A stretch of 64,000 nt of DNA from an uncultured Pelagibacteraceae bacterium (lineage in GTDB: Bacteria; Pseudomonadota; Alphaproteobacteria; Pelagibacterales; Pelagibacteraceae), in contig CACJEC010000002.1 of NCBI GenBank assembly GCA_902592325.1, positions 10,394 to 74,393 of the forward strand, in the 5' to 3' direction. Below are positions 20,415 through 29,166 of this stretch, one piece after another. Each line of letters opens with the position of its first letter. The first letter of the stretch is position 1. Position numbers and translations under genes: made by a program. The notes under the pieces are model-generated. The model saw only the letters and a program-made list of their open reading frames with translations, ran no database searches and had not been told where the DNA came from.

Positions 20415-21632
20415 TCAGTTTCTTATAATATTGTGCTCAGGACCAAAAGGAAATTTTGTAATATTTTCTACACCATCTTTTCCAATCACTAAGATATCAT
20501 GTTCGCGATAACCACCTGCACCAAGATTACCTTCTGGAATCATAATCATTGGTTCCATTGAAACTACCATGTTTTCTTCAAGCACTGTATCAATATCTTC
20601 TCTCAGCTCTAATCCAGCTTCTCTGCCATAAAAATGGGAGAGCATACCAAATGAATGACCATAACCAAAAGTTCTGAATTGAAGAAATCCAAGTTCAGCG
20701 AAAAGTTCATTAAGCTCATGACAAATATCTGAGCATTTAACACCCGGTTTAATAAGTTCTAGGCCTCTTTTGTGAACTTTTACATTTGCTTCCCATGCTT
20801 TTAAAGATGCGTCGTCTGCATGATCAACAAATAAAGTTCTTTCTAAAGCTGTGTAGTAACCTGAAATCATTGGAAAAGTATTTAATGATAAAATATCACC
20901 TTTTAATAATTTTCTGTTCGTTTTTGGATTGTGAGCTCCATCAGTGTTAATTCCAGATTGAAACCAAACCCAAGTGTCCATATACTCTGCATCTGGATAA
21001 GATTTAGCTATTTCTCTTTCCATTTTATCTCTACCAGCTATAGCAATTTCTAACTCAGTATTGCCCTCTCGAATATTTTTTACAATTTCCTCACCTCCGA
21101 TATCAGCTATTCTTGCTCCATTTTTAATAATCTCTATTTCCTCTTTAGATTTTATCATTCTTAACTTCATTAAATCTTTAGAAATATCGCTAAATACTGA
21201 AAAAGTGAATATAGATCCTATTTTTTCTCTCATCTCTAGTGTTACATGATCATTTTCAATACCAACTCTTTTTGGAGGCTCGTCTCTTCCTATAATAGAT
21301 ACAATTGCTCTTAAAAAATTATCTCTTTTCCAGTCAGTATAAATTACATTATCACAGTGCGATCTACGCCAGGGCTGACTTGCATCAATATTTGCTGAAA
21401 TAGTAGAAATTTTATTTTCAGTTATCACGCAACCATATGGTCTTCCAAAAGAACAATAAATAAAACCTGTGTAATAAGCAATATTGTGCATAGATGTTAA
21501 AATAATCATATCTAGATTATTTTTATCCATCAGCGACCTAAGCTTAATTAGTCTTTTACTGTATTCATCGTCTGAAAAAGGAAGTTTTACTTTCTCTCCA
21601 TTTTTTAATTCAAAAAAATCAGGTCTTTCCAT
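20415..21632 (-). CDS. Creatinase (creatine amidinohydrolase, M24 fold)
   Basis: YCSFGR, QPWRR, WFQSGINTDGAHNP, GYYTALERT, GYGHSFG..SH.YGREAGLELRED, GYREHDIL. Confidence 0.93.
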   Translation of the reverse strand: MERPDFFELKNGEKVKLPFSDDEYSKRLIKLRSLMDKNNLDMIILTSMHNIAYYTGFIYCSFGRPYGCVITENKISTISANIDASQPWRRSHCDNVIYTDWKRDNFLRAIVSIIGRDEPPKRVGIENDHVTLEMREKIGSIFTFSVFSDISKDLMKLRMIKSKEEIEIIKNGARIADIGGEEIVKNIREGNTELEIAIAGRDKMEREIAKSYPDAEYMDTWVWFQSGINTDGAHNPKTNRKLLKGDILSLNTFPMISGYYTALERTLFVDHADDASLKAWEANVKVHKRGLELIKPGVKCSDICHELNELFAELGFLQFRTFGYGHSFGMLSHFYGREAGLELREDIDTVLEENMVVSMEPMIMIPEGNLGAGGYREHDILVIGKDGVENITKFPFGPEHNIIRN

Positions 21633-21649
21633 TTAATTCACCTTAGAAA

Positions 21650-22555
21650 TTAATTTAATCCAATATATCGTTTATTCCATCTCATAATCAAACTGTAATA
21701 AAATAAAGATATGAATAAAAAGAAACCACCAATAATAGTATTTGTATCTGGTACCTCATTAATACCAAATAAAGGCAACCATACCCAAAAGATTCCACCA
21801 ATTACTTCTGTTAAAGAAAGTAATGTTAATTCAGCAGCAGGAATTGCTTTAGAGCCAATAGAATATAAAATTAATCCAAGACAAACTAAAGTACCGTGTA
21901 ATGAAAATAATGAACTATTGTAACTGGATGAAAAAAAAACTTGTCCTTTAAATAAAATCATTATTGTAGCAAAAATAAAACAAAAAAATCCTGCAAAAGC
22001 TACTGTTGTAAATTTGGGTGTTTCTTTTCTCCATCTTAGGGTAACTGAAAACACTGAAAAACCTATCGAAGAAGTAATTCCAAACACAAATCCAACAAGT
22101 GAGTTTTCTCCGGTATTTCCAAAAGCCATTATTATTATTCCTACAGTTGCAATAAAAATTGAAATCCAAACATTCAGAGAAATTTGTTCTTTTAAAAAAA
22201 TAAATGCTAAAAGTGCTGTAAAGAAAGGCATTGCAGCTAAACATAACAAAGTAATTGCTGCGGAGGTGTTTGTAATTGAATAAATAAAAGATATCATGGC
22301 AATTCCAAGCCCTGAGCCACCAATAATTCCAGATATTCCTACTTTTAAATAATTTTTCCAAAAAGATAATCCTTCTTCAAAATATAAGTATAGATTAAGT
22401 AAAAGAAAAATTGTTAACCCTCGCCCAAAAATATATTGCCAAGGTACTTGATTAGGATTGTCCATATATCGGACCACTAAAGGTCCAAAAGACCATAAAA
22501 TTCCAGCAAATAAAACAACTGGAACCGCTATTTTGGGATTTTTTAATTCAAGCAT
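21650..22555 (-). CDS. DMT/EamA-family transporter
   Basis: About 10 TM; PAAELTLLSLTEVIGG; 17 bp upstream of the creatinase. Confidence 0.88.
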   Translation of the reverse strand: MLELKNPKIAVPVVLFAGILWSFGPLVVRYMDNPNQVPWQYIFGRGLTIFLLLNLYLYFEEGLSFWKNYLKVGISGIIGGSGLGIAMISFIYSITNTSAAITLLCLAAMPFFTALLAFIFLKEQISLNVWISIFIATVGIIIMAFGNTGENSLVGFVFGITSSIGFSVFSVTLRWRKETPKFTTVAFAGFFCFIFATIMILFKGQVFFSSSYNSSLFSLHGTLVCLGLILYSIGSKAIPAAELTLLSLTEVIGGIFWVWLPLFGINEVPDTNTIIGGFFLFISLFYYSLIMRWNKRYIGLN

Positions 22556-22606
22556 TCGCGTGAGACTAATTCTAAAAATTTAGAACTACAACAAAATTAG
22601 ATATTC

Positions 22607-23854
22607 TTAGTCTAAAATTTTATTTGGATTGTTGGGCAAAAAGCATTCAATAATTTGACCTTTTTTAAATTTAGATTGTCCAGATGGCAGCAAGGCCCAT
22701 ACATTTGATCTAACAAAAGAGTTAATTCTAAAAGACTCTTGACCAGGTAATAATTCTACTTCTAGTTTACCATTTGTGGTTGTGTTTATTTTACTTTTTA
22801 TAAATCTTGTAATTTTTTTATTTTTTTCAAAATTATTCTTCAAAATAGCAAGTATAGGTTTTTCATGCTTAAGATTTAAAATATTTTCAATAAATGGATA
22901 AACAAAAAATCTGAAGCATGCTGCAGAAGAAATTGGATTTCCTGGCAAACCAAATATTATTTTTTGATTAATTTTTGCAAATAATACTGGTTTTCCTGGT
23001 CTAATCATTACATTTTTAAAATAATGCGAGGTCTTAAATTGTTTAACAACACTGGGTATATAATCAAACTTTCCCGCAGAAACAGCACCTGAGGTAATAA
23101 TTATGTCAGTTTTAGATTTAAGCATTTTATTTATCTTTGATTTAAATAATTGTTTATGATGATCTTTTAAAATTCCTCCATCTTTAAAATTGAACAAAAA
23201 ATTATTATTCAAACTTTTAATGTAATGACTATTCGAATTTCTTACTTTCCAACTTGGGATTTTATTAGAATTAGAAATTTCATTACCAGTTGAAAAAAAT
23301 AAAATATTCAATTTCTTTTTAACCTTTATTTTTTTTACCCCTAATGTCTTTAAAGCCAAGATATGATTAGGTTGAATAATCGTACCTTTCTTGATTATCA
23401 ATTGTTTTTTTTTATAATCTGACCCTTTAAAACGAACATTTTCATACTTAATAGCCCTATGATCAATTATAATAAATTTTGGATTTTGTTTGTTGGGAAA
23501 AAAATTAATTTGTTCAATCGGAATAATTGTATTAAATATTTTAGGAATAATCCCCCCAGTCATTATTTCAACAGTTTCAAATTTTTTAATTTTTTTTTTT
23601 AAAGGTTTATTTCCAGCTGCAATGGAACCTATTATTTTAAAACGTTTTGGTTTTTTTTTATTTATATATTTTGTATCATTTGAATTTATAGCAAAACCGT
23701 CAAAAGCAGCATTATCCTCGAGTGGATAATCAGAAGGAGATAAAATATCTTTTGAAATAACTCTGTTTAAAGAGTTCTTAATTAAAATTTTTTCATCTTT
23801 AATATTAATTTTTGCTTTTTTTAAAATTTTTTTTGCTTGATAATAATTAATCAT
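22607..23854 (-). CDS. moeA: Molybdopterin molybdotransferase
   Basis: AAFDGFA, IMTGG, STGNE, SGAVSAG..D, RPGKP, GLPGNP. Confidence 0.95.
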   Translation of the reverse strand: MINYYQAKKILKKAKINIKDEKILIKNSLNRVISKDILSPSDYPLEDNAAFDGFAINSNDTKYINKKKPKRFKIIGSIAAGNKPLKKKIKKFETVEIMTGGIIPKIFNTIIPIEQINFFPNKQNPKFIIIDHRAIKYENVRFKGSDYKKKQLIIKKGTIIQPNHILALKTLGVKKIKVKKKLNILFFSTGNEISNSNKIPSWKVRNSNSHYIKSLNNNFLFNFKDGGILKDHHKQLFKSKINKMLKSKTDIIITSGAVSAGKFDYIPSVVKQFKTSHYFKNVMIRPGKPVLFAKINQKIIFGLPGNPISSAACFRFFVYPFIENILNLKHEKPILAILKNNFEKNKKITRFIKSKINTTTNGKLEVELLPGQESFRINSFVRSNVWALLPSGQSKFKKGQIIECFLPNNPNKILD

Positions 23855-24452
23855 TTAAGATTTTGTTTGCTTTTTTTAAATCCTCTTGAGTATTAATATT
23901 AAAGAAAGGATCTTCTTTTTCAAATGACATATTAATTGTTTTAACTCCAATATTATTAGCCCATTTTTCAACTTTTCTTGATCCATTTTCTAAATCTTTT
24001 TCTAGCTGATCAATTAAACTTGTAGACCATAAACCAAATATATTGTGTCGTTTATTATTAAATGTCATAAAAAATAATTCACTCTCTTTTTCATTAACTT
24101 TTTTAAAAAAGTTATTAAGAATATTCTTTTTAAAGAATGGAGTGTCTGAAGGAAATGATGCAATCCATTTATAAGACTTATTTTTATCTTTTGCCCATTT
24201 CATTGCAGTAAAGATCCCTCCTAATGGCCCAAGATCTTTTCTAAAATCTTTTATTTTTCTAATTTTATTTGATGATAGATGTTTGATGGGGTCATTTGCG
24301 ACAATAAGAATTTCATTAAATTCATCTATCAATTCTGACAAAATATAATCAATAAGGATTTTTCCTCCTAATTTAACTTGAGATTTATCTTCACCAAATC
24401 GTTTAGATTTTCCTCCTGCTAGTACTACGGGTAAAATATTGTTATGATCCAT
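23847..24452 (-). CDS. mobA: Molybdenum cofactor guanylyltransferase
   Basis: LAGGKSKRFGEDK, GPLGGI, PSDTPF, FFNINT.EDL. Confidence 0.95.
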   Translation of the reverse strand: MDHNNILPVVLAGGKSKRFGEDKSQVKLGGKILIDYILSELIDEFNEILIVANDPIKHLSSNKIRKIKDFRKDLGPLGGIFTAMKWAKDKNKSYKWIASFPSDTPFFKKNILNNFFKKVNEKESELFFMTFNNKRHNIFGLWSTSLIDQLEKDLENGSRKVEKWANNIGVKTINMSFEKEDPFFNINTQEDLKKANKILND

Positions 24453-24494
24453 TTACAAAATATAAAACATTAAAATTTGAATTAAAGAAATATA

Positions 24495-24893
24495 ATGGAC
24501 CTCAAAATTTTGGAGATAGCATCACATACAGATAATAATAAGATTATTGAAGACTTTACCCACAAATCAAAACATAAAAACCCTCTGTGTGGAGATGAAA
24601 TGGAAATAAGATTAATAATTGAAGATGATGTAATCAAAGATATGGGTTATCAATGTAAATCTTGTGTTTATTGCCAAGCGTCAGTAAGTTTACTCTCAAG
24701 AAAAATAAAGAATATAAGTATTGAAGAAATAAAGACATTTATAACGCATGGTGAAAAATTATTTGATGATGTAAAGGTTAATATTGATAAACACTGGAAG
24801 GATTTTAAAGAAATTTTTATTAAAAAAAATTTAAATAGAAAAGAATGTTTACTTTTACCGTTAAGAACAATTCTGAAAGCAATTAAAAAATAA
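24495..24893 (+). CDS. IscU/SufU (NifU-N)-like protein
   Basis: NPLCGD, C..C..CQAS.S, R..CLLLP. Confidence 0.8.
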   Translation: MDLKILEIASHTDNNKIIEDFTHKSKHKNPLCGDEMEIRLIIEDDVIKDMGYQCKSCVYCQASVSLLSRKIKNISIEEIKTFITHGEKLFDDVKVNIDKHWKDFKEIFIKKNLNRKECLLLPLRTILKAIKK

Positions 24894-24896
24894 ATT

Positions 24897-25367
24897 ATGA
24901 AAATTTCAAAATCTACTTTACAAAAATCACTTATTGCTGCTCTATTTTCTGTGATGACAATAGCAGCATTAACATTTTTAACTTACAGAACTGAGTTCGG
25001 AGTATTTTTATTAGCCTCATTTGGATCATCAATGGTTCTACTTTATGGATATCCTGAAAGTCCATTTGCCCAACCAAAAAATGTTTTTTTTGGTCATCTG
25101 GTTACAGCTATCGTAGGTTTACTTTTTTTACACTTTGTTCCATTACCAATATTTTTGACAATACCATTAGCAGTAGGATTTGGAGTTGGGTTAATGATAC
25201 TATTAAATGTTACACATCCACCTGCAGGAGGTAATCCCATAATAGTAATTATTGGTAGCGTATCTTTTGATTACTTGTTAAGTCCTGTAATTACAGGATC
25301 AGTTATAATTATTATTTTTGCGATAATTGTTAACAAACTTATTTTGAAAAAGTCTTACCCAAGCTAA
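24897..25367 (+). CDS. HPP-family membrane protein
   Basis: SFGSS..L.Y.YPESPFAQP, GH, HPPAG. Confidence 0.9.
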   Translation: MKISKSTLQKSLIAALFSVMTIAALTFLTYRTEFGVFLLASFGSSMVLLYGYPESPFAQPKNVFFGHLVTAIVGLLFLHFVPLPIFLTIPLAVGFGVGLMILLNVTHPPAGGNPIIVIIGSVSFDYLLSPVITGSVIIIIFAIIVNKLILKKSYPS

Positions 25368-25377
25368 AAATAATTCT

Positions 25378-25461
25378 TTATGAAATTATAAAATTATTTT
25401 CAATAAGCAAACCTATTAATATACCTACAATCAATGCAAAAATTAATTTCTTCTTATTCAC
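25378..25461 (-). CDS. Candidate 27-aa single-TM microprotein (not in ORF track)
   Basis: GTG-start MNKKKLIFALIVGILIGLLIENNFIIS*; overlaps the permease stop by 8 nt (GTGAATAA) and fills the gap before the convergent HPP gene. Confidence 0.55.
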   Translation of the reverse strand: MNKKKLIFALIVGILIGLLIENNFIIS

Positions 25462-26524
25462 TTTTTTGAGCTGAGGATTTTACACTTTTAATACCTGATG
25501 AAGATAATTTTAATCTTATACTTTGCTTAAAATTTTCCCAAAGTTTTGCCATTCCTAATGGCTCATAGATCATGAAAATAATCATTAATAAACCAAATAT
25601 TACTTGTTCGATAGATGATATAATTGTTGCATCAATAGCTCCATGAAATACATTGTTTCCTATAGCGTTTAAAAGAACTGGAAAAAGCAAAATAAATGCT
25701 GCTCCTATAAACGCGCCATTTATAGTGCCAAGTCCACCTAAAATACACATAAATAATATTTTAAAAGATAATTTTATATCAAAAGCAACTGGCTCTAAAG
25801 ATTTAAGATAACAAAATGCAAAAAGTGCACCTGCAACTCCACAATAAAATGCACTAATAGCAAATGCTTGTACTTTTGTTCTTAATAGTGAAACCCCCAT
25901 AGATTCCGCAGCGATATCCATATCTCTAACTGCCATCCAGTTCCTGCCTGTACTACCTCTAGCCATATTCATCGCTAGTAAAGTTAAAATCGTGGTAACA
26001 GCCAAACATACAAAATACATAGCTAATGGAGTTGTAAATGGTTTTCCTAAGATAACTATATCTTGTGCGGTTATAATTCCTGATGAGTCGTAGTTTTTAA
26101 ACCAACCAAATTTATCTATCATCCATATAATAAAAAACTGTGAGGCTAATGTTGCTACCATAAGATAAATTCCTCTTACTTTTAAACTTGGTAGACCAAA
26201 TAAGATTCCAAAAGCAGCAGCAATCAAACCTGACACTATAAGTGAGCCTACAAAACCAAGATCAGGTACTCGCAAAATAAGGTTAAACATAGCAAAAGCA
26301 CCTGCAGCCATAAAGCCAGCTGCACCCAGAGCTAATTGTCCCGTATAGCCCATAACAATTTGTTGTCCAATTGTTGCTAAAGCCAAGCACAGCCAAGGGA
26401 TTAAAATAGATGTGTACCAATACTCTGTTTTTATAAATGTCGGTATTATTAATACACTCAAAACCATACAAACAGCTAAGTTAGTTAGGTCTTTTTTTGT
26501 ATAAGTCATAAAAACTGGTTTCAT
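25454..26524 (-). CDS. livM: Liv-type ABC permease (LivM-like)
   Basis: GYTGQLALG, GIYL..ATLA, GRNWMAVRD.DIAA, ILGGLG. Confidence 0.85.
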   Translation of the reverse strand: MKPVFMTYTKKDLTNLAVCMVLSVLIIPTFIKTEYWYTSILIPWLCLALATIGQQIVMGYTGQLALGAAGFMAAGAFAMFNLILRVPDLGFVGSLIVSGLIAAAFGILFGLPSLKVRGIYLMVATLASQFFIIWMIDKFGWFKNYDSSGIITAQDIVILGKPFTTPLAMYFVCLAVTTILTLLAMNMARGSTGRNWMAVRDMDIAAESMGVSLLRTKVQAFAISAFYCGVAGALFAFCYLKSLEPVAFDIKLSFKILFMCILGGLGTINGAFIGAAFILLFPVLLNAIGNNVFHGAIDATIISSIEQVIFGLLMIIFMIYEPLGMAKLWENFKQSIRLKLSSSGIKSVKSSAQKSE

Positions 26525-26527
26525 AAA

Positions 26528-27436
26528 TTAAACTCTCCTAATAATTTTTTCTCCAAATAGACCCTCTGGTCTATATAATAAAAAGAATATTGCTAATACG
26601 TAAGGGGCCCAACCTTCAATAGCACCACCAAAAAACGGTCCAATATATACCTCTAATATTTTCTCTACCGCACCAATAATTAAGCCACCTACAATAGCTC
26701 CTGGGATAGATGAGAAACCACCAATAATTAAGACTGGTAAAGCTTTTAATGCAAGATCAACAAGGGCAAACTGAACACCAGCTCTAGCTCCCCACATACA
26801 TCCAGCTACCAAAGCAACTACACCTGCAGCAGACCAGACTAATAACATTATATGTTTTAAAGGAATTCCTATTGAGCTCGCTGCTCCTGCATCGTCTGCA
26901 ACAGCTCTTAAACCTAATCCAATTTTTGTATATTTGAACAATAAAAATAGACCGATAATCATTAAAGCTGCAACTAATCCAGCTGTAATATCAAGAGCAC
27001 TAATAAAAAGTTTTAGATTATCTGCAATCCATGGCACCGGGAAGTCTCCTATGCCTAAATCTAATCTTCTTACTTCTACTCCCCATGCTGCTTGAGCAAG
27101 TCCCTCTAAAACATATCCTAAGCCAATTGTGGCCATTAACACTGTATCTTCGCTAGCATTCATCAAAGGTCTTAAAACCAATCTTTCAGTACATAAACCT
27201 ACTACTACCATCAAAAGGGCTGCTAAAATAAATGCGAGCACAAAAGGTATATTAAAGTCTTGCATGAAGCCACAGAATGCAAGAACTGAGAAAAAAACCA
27301 TAGCTCCCTGTGAAAAATTGAATGTTGCTGAAGCTTTAAAAATAAGAACAAATCCTAGAGCAACTAAAGAATACATCGTGCCGGCAAGTAAACCACCAAC
27401 CAGAACTTCCATAAAAAATAATAACTCGTTTGCCAT
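26528..27436 (-). CDS. livH: Liv-type ABC permease (LivH-like)
   Basis: YSLVALGFVLIFKAS..FNFSQG, GLGLRAVADD, RPEGLFG. Confidence 0.87.
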   Translation of the reverse strand: MANELLFFMEVLVGGLLAGTMYSLVALGFVLIFKASATFNFSQGAMVFFSVLAFCGFMQDFNIPFVLAFILAALLMVVVGLCTERLVLRPLMNASEDTVLMATIGLGYVLEGLAQAAWGVEVRRLDLGIGDFPVPWIADNLKLFISALDITAGLVAALMIIGLFLLFKYTKIGLGLRAVADDAGAASSIGIPLKHIMLLVWSAAGVVALVAGCMWGARAGVQFALVDLALKALPVLIIGGFSSIPGAIVGGLIIGAVEKILEVYIGPFFGGAIEGWAPYVLAIFFLLYRPEGLFGEKIIRRV

Positions 27437-27445
27437 ATTTTAATC

Positions 27446-28240
27446 CTAGTGTTCAACTCCTAAGTAAGCATCAATTACTTTTTGATTTGCCATTATTTCA
27501 TCTGGTGTTCCATCACCAATAACTTTACCATAATCAAGTACTACAACTCTATCAGATATATCCATTACCACTCCCATATCATGCTCAATTAAAACCATTG
27601 TTGTACCAAGTTCATCATTTACCTTTAAAATAAATCTACACATGTCTCTTTTTTCTTCGACATTCATTCCAGCCATTGGTTCGTCCAATAAAATTATTGA
27701 AGAGTCAGTCGCAAGAGCTCGACCTAGCTCAACTTTTTTTTGTAATCCATAAGGAAGTTTTCCAACTGGAGTGTCTTTAATGTCTTCTATCTCTAAAAAA
27801 CTTATTATTTCTTCAGATCTTTCTCTATTTAATTTTTCCTCTTTTTTTACTTTAGGAAGTTGTAAAGCTACCTCAAGAAAATTTGTCTTTGTGTGAAGTT
27901 TTCTGCCTACTAGAATATTGTCCAATACTGACATTCTTTTAAAAAGAGCTAAGTTTTGAAATGTTCTAGATAGGCCCATTTGAGCCATAATATTTGGGGT
28001 TATATTAGGTATTTCTTGTCCCCTGAAAGAAACAGTTCCTTTTTGAGGCTTATAAATTCCATTAATACAGTTTAACATTGAGCTTTTTCCAGCTCCATTA
28101 GGTCCAATTATTGCTCTAACCTCGTGCTCAAGTACATCAAAAGAAGTATCGGTAATAGCTTTTACACCTCCAAAAGCGAGTGAAATATTATTCACCTCTA
28201 AAATTGGTTTACCTATTTTAAATTTTCTTTCGTAAGCCAT
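27446..28240 (-). CDS. livG: Liv-type ABC ATP-binding protein (LivG-like)
   Basis: FGGVKA, GPNGAGKS, RTFQN, LPYGLQK, DEPMAGMN, EHDM, AYLG. Confidence 0.88.
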   Translation of the reverse strand: MAYERKFKIGKPILEVNNISLAFGGVKAITDTSFDVLEHEVRAIIGPNGAGKSSMLNCINGIYKPQKGTVSFRGQEIPNITPNIMAQMGLSRTFQNLALFKRMSVLDNILVGRKLHTKTNFLEVALQLPKVKKEEKLNRERSEEIISFLEIEDIKDTPVGKLPYGLQKKVELGRALATDSSIILLDEPMAGMNVEEKRDMCRFILKVNDELGTTMVLIEHDMGVVMDISDRVVVLDYGKVIGDGTPDEIMANQKVIDAYLGVEH

Positions 28241-28242
28241 CT

Positions 28243-29058
28243 TTAATTACTTCTTTTATTTAAACTTTCTTCTTTAAGAACATCTCTAAAGTTTTTTCTA
28301 CCTTTTTTGGATATACCTAAATACAATTCTTTTACTTTATCATCATTTAATAAACTTTGTGCCGTTCCCTCCAGCATGACTTTTCCAGTTTCAATTATAT
28401 AACCATAATCGGAATTTTTTAATGCGATATTAGTATTTTGTTCAGCAAGCAAAATACTTACTCCTTCTTTTTGATTTAATTCTTTTACAATATTAAATAT
28501 CTCAGCAACTAACTGGGGCGCGAGACCCATTGTTGGCTCGTCCAATAACAACATTTTAGGTTTTGCCATCATCGCTCTTGCAACTGCTATCATTTGTTGT
28601 TCTCCGCCTGATGTGAATGCTGCTTGACTTTTTCTTCTTTCTTTAAGTCTTATAAAATATTTGTAAATTTTCTCTAATTCTTGATTAATGTCACCTTTAG
28701 ATAATTTTCTTGAATATGCTCCTGAAATAATATTTTCTTCAACAGTCAGGTGTCCAAAACATCTTCTGCCCTCTAATACTTGAACCATTCCAAGTCCAAC
28801 CATTTGAGATGGGTTTTGTTTATCTATTGAAGTTCCATCATAATCAATTGAGCCTTTTGTAACCTTACCTCTCTCAGAGGCTAACATGGTTGAAACTGCT
28901 TTTAATGTGGTGCTCTTACCTGCTCCATTTGCTCCTAATAATGCAACTACTTTTCCTTTAGGAACTTTCAAAGATACATCGTGTAAAGCTAAAATAACAT
29001 TATCATATCTAACCTCAATATTCTTTATGTCTAGAATGTTTGCTGAAGTGTTACTCAT
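28243..29058 (-). CDS. livF: Liv-type ABC ATP-binding protein (LivF-like)
   Basis: GANGAGKS, EGRR.F, SGGEQQM, DEPTMGLAP, AEQN. Confidence 0.88.
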   Translation of the reverse strand: MSNTSANILDIKNIEVRYDNVILALHDVSLKVPKGKVVALLGANGAGKSTTLKAVSTMLASERGKVTKGSIDYDGTSIDKQNPSQMVGLGMVQVLEGRRCFGHLTVEENIISGAYSRKLSKGDINQELEKIYKYFIRLKERRKSQAAFTSGGEQQMIAVARAMMAKPKMLLLDEPTMGLAPQLVAEIFNIVKELNQKEGVSILLAEQNTNIALKNSDYGYIIETGKVMLEGTAQSLLNDDKVKELYLGISKKGRKNFRDVLKEESLNKRSN

Positions 29059-29094
29059 TAAGCTTTCTTTTATATTAAATTAAATTTCATTTAA

Positions 29095-29133
29095 AGGGGG
29101 AGTTTAAATAATTTGATTATTTAAACTCCCCCT
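29095..29133. terminator. Perfect 18-bp hairpin downstream of the SBP gene
   Basis: AGGGGGAGTTTAAATAAT-TTG-ATTATTTAAACTCCCCCT. Confidence 0.8.
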
Positions 29134-29166
29134 ACACTTAATATTAATTTATTACTAAATTAAGTA

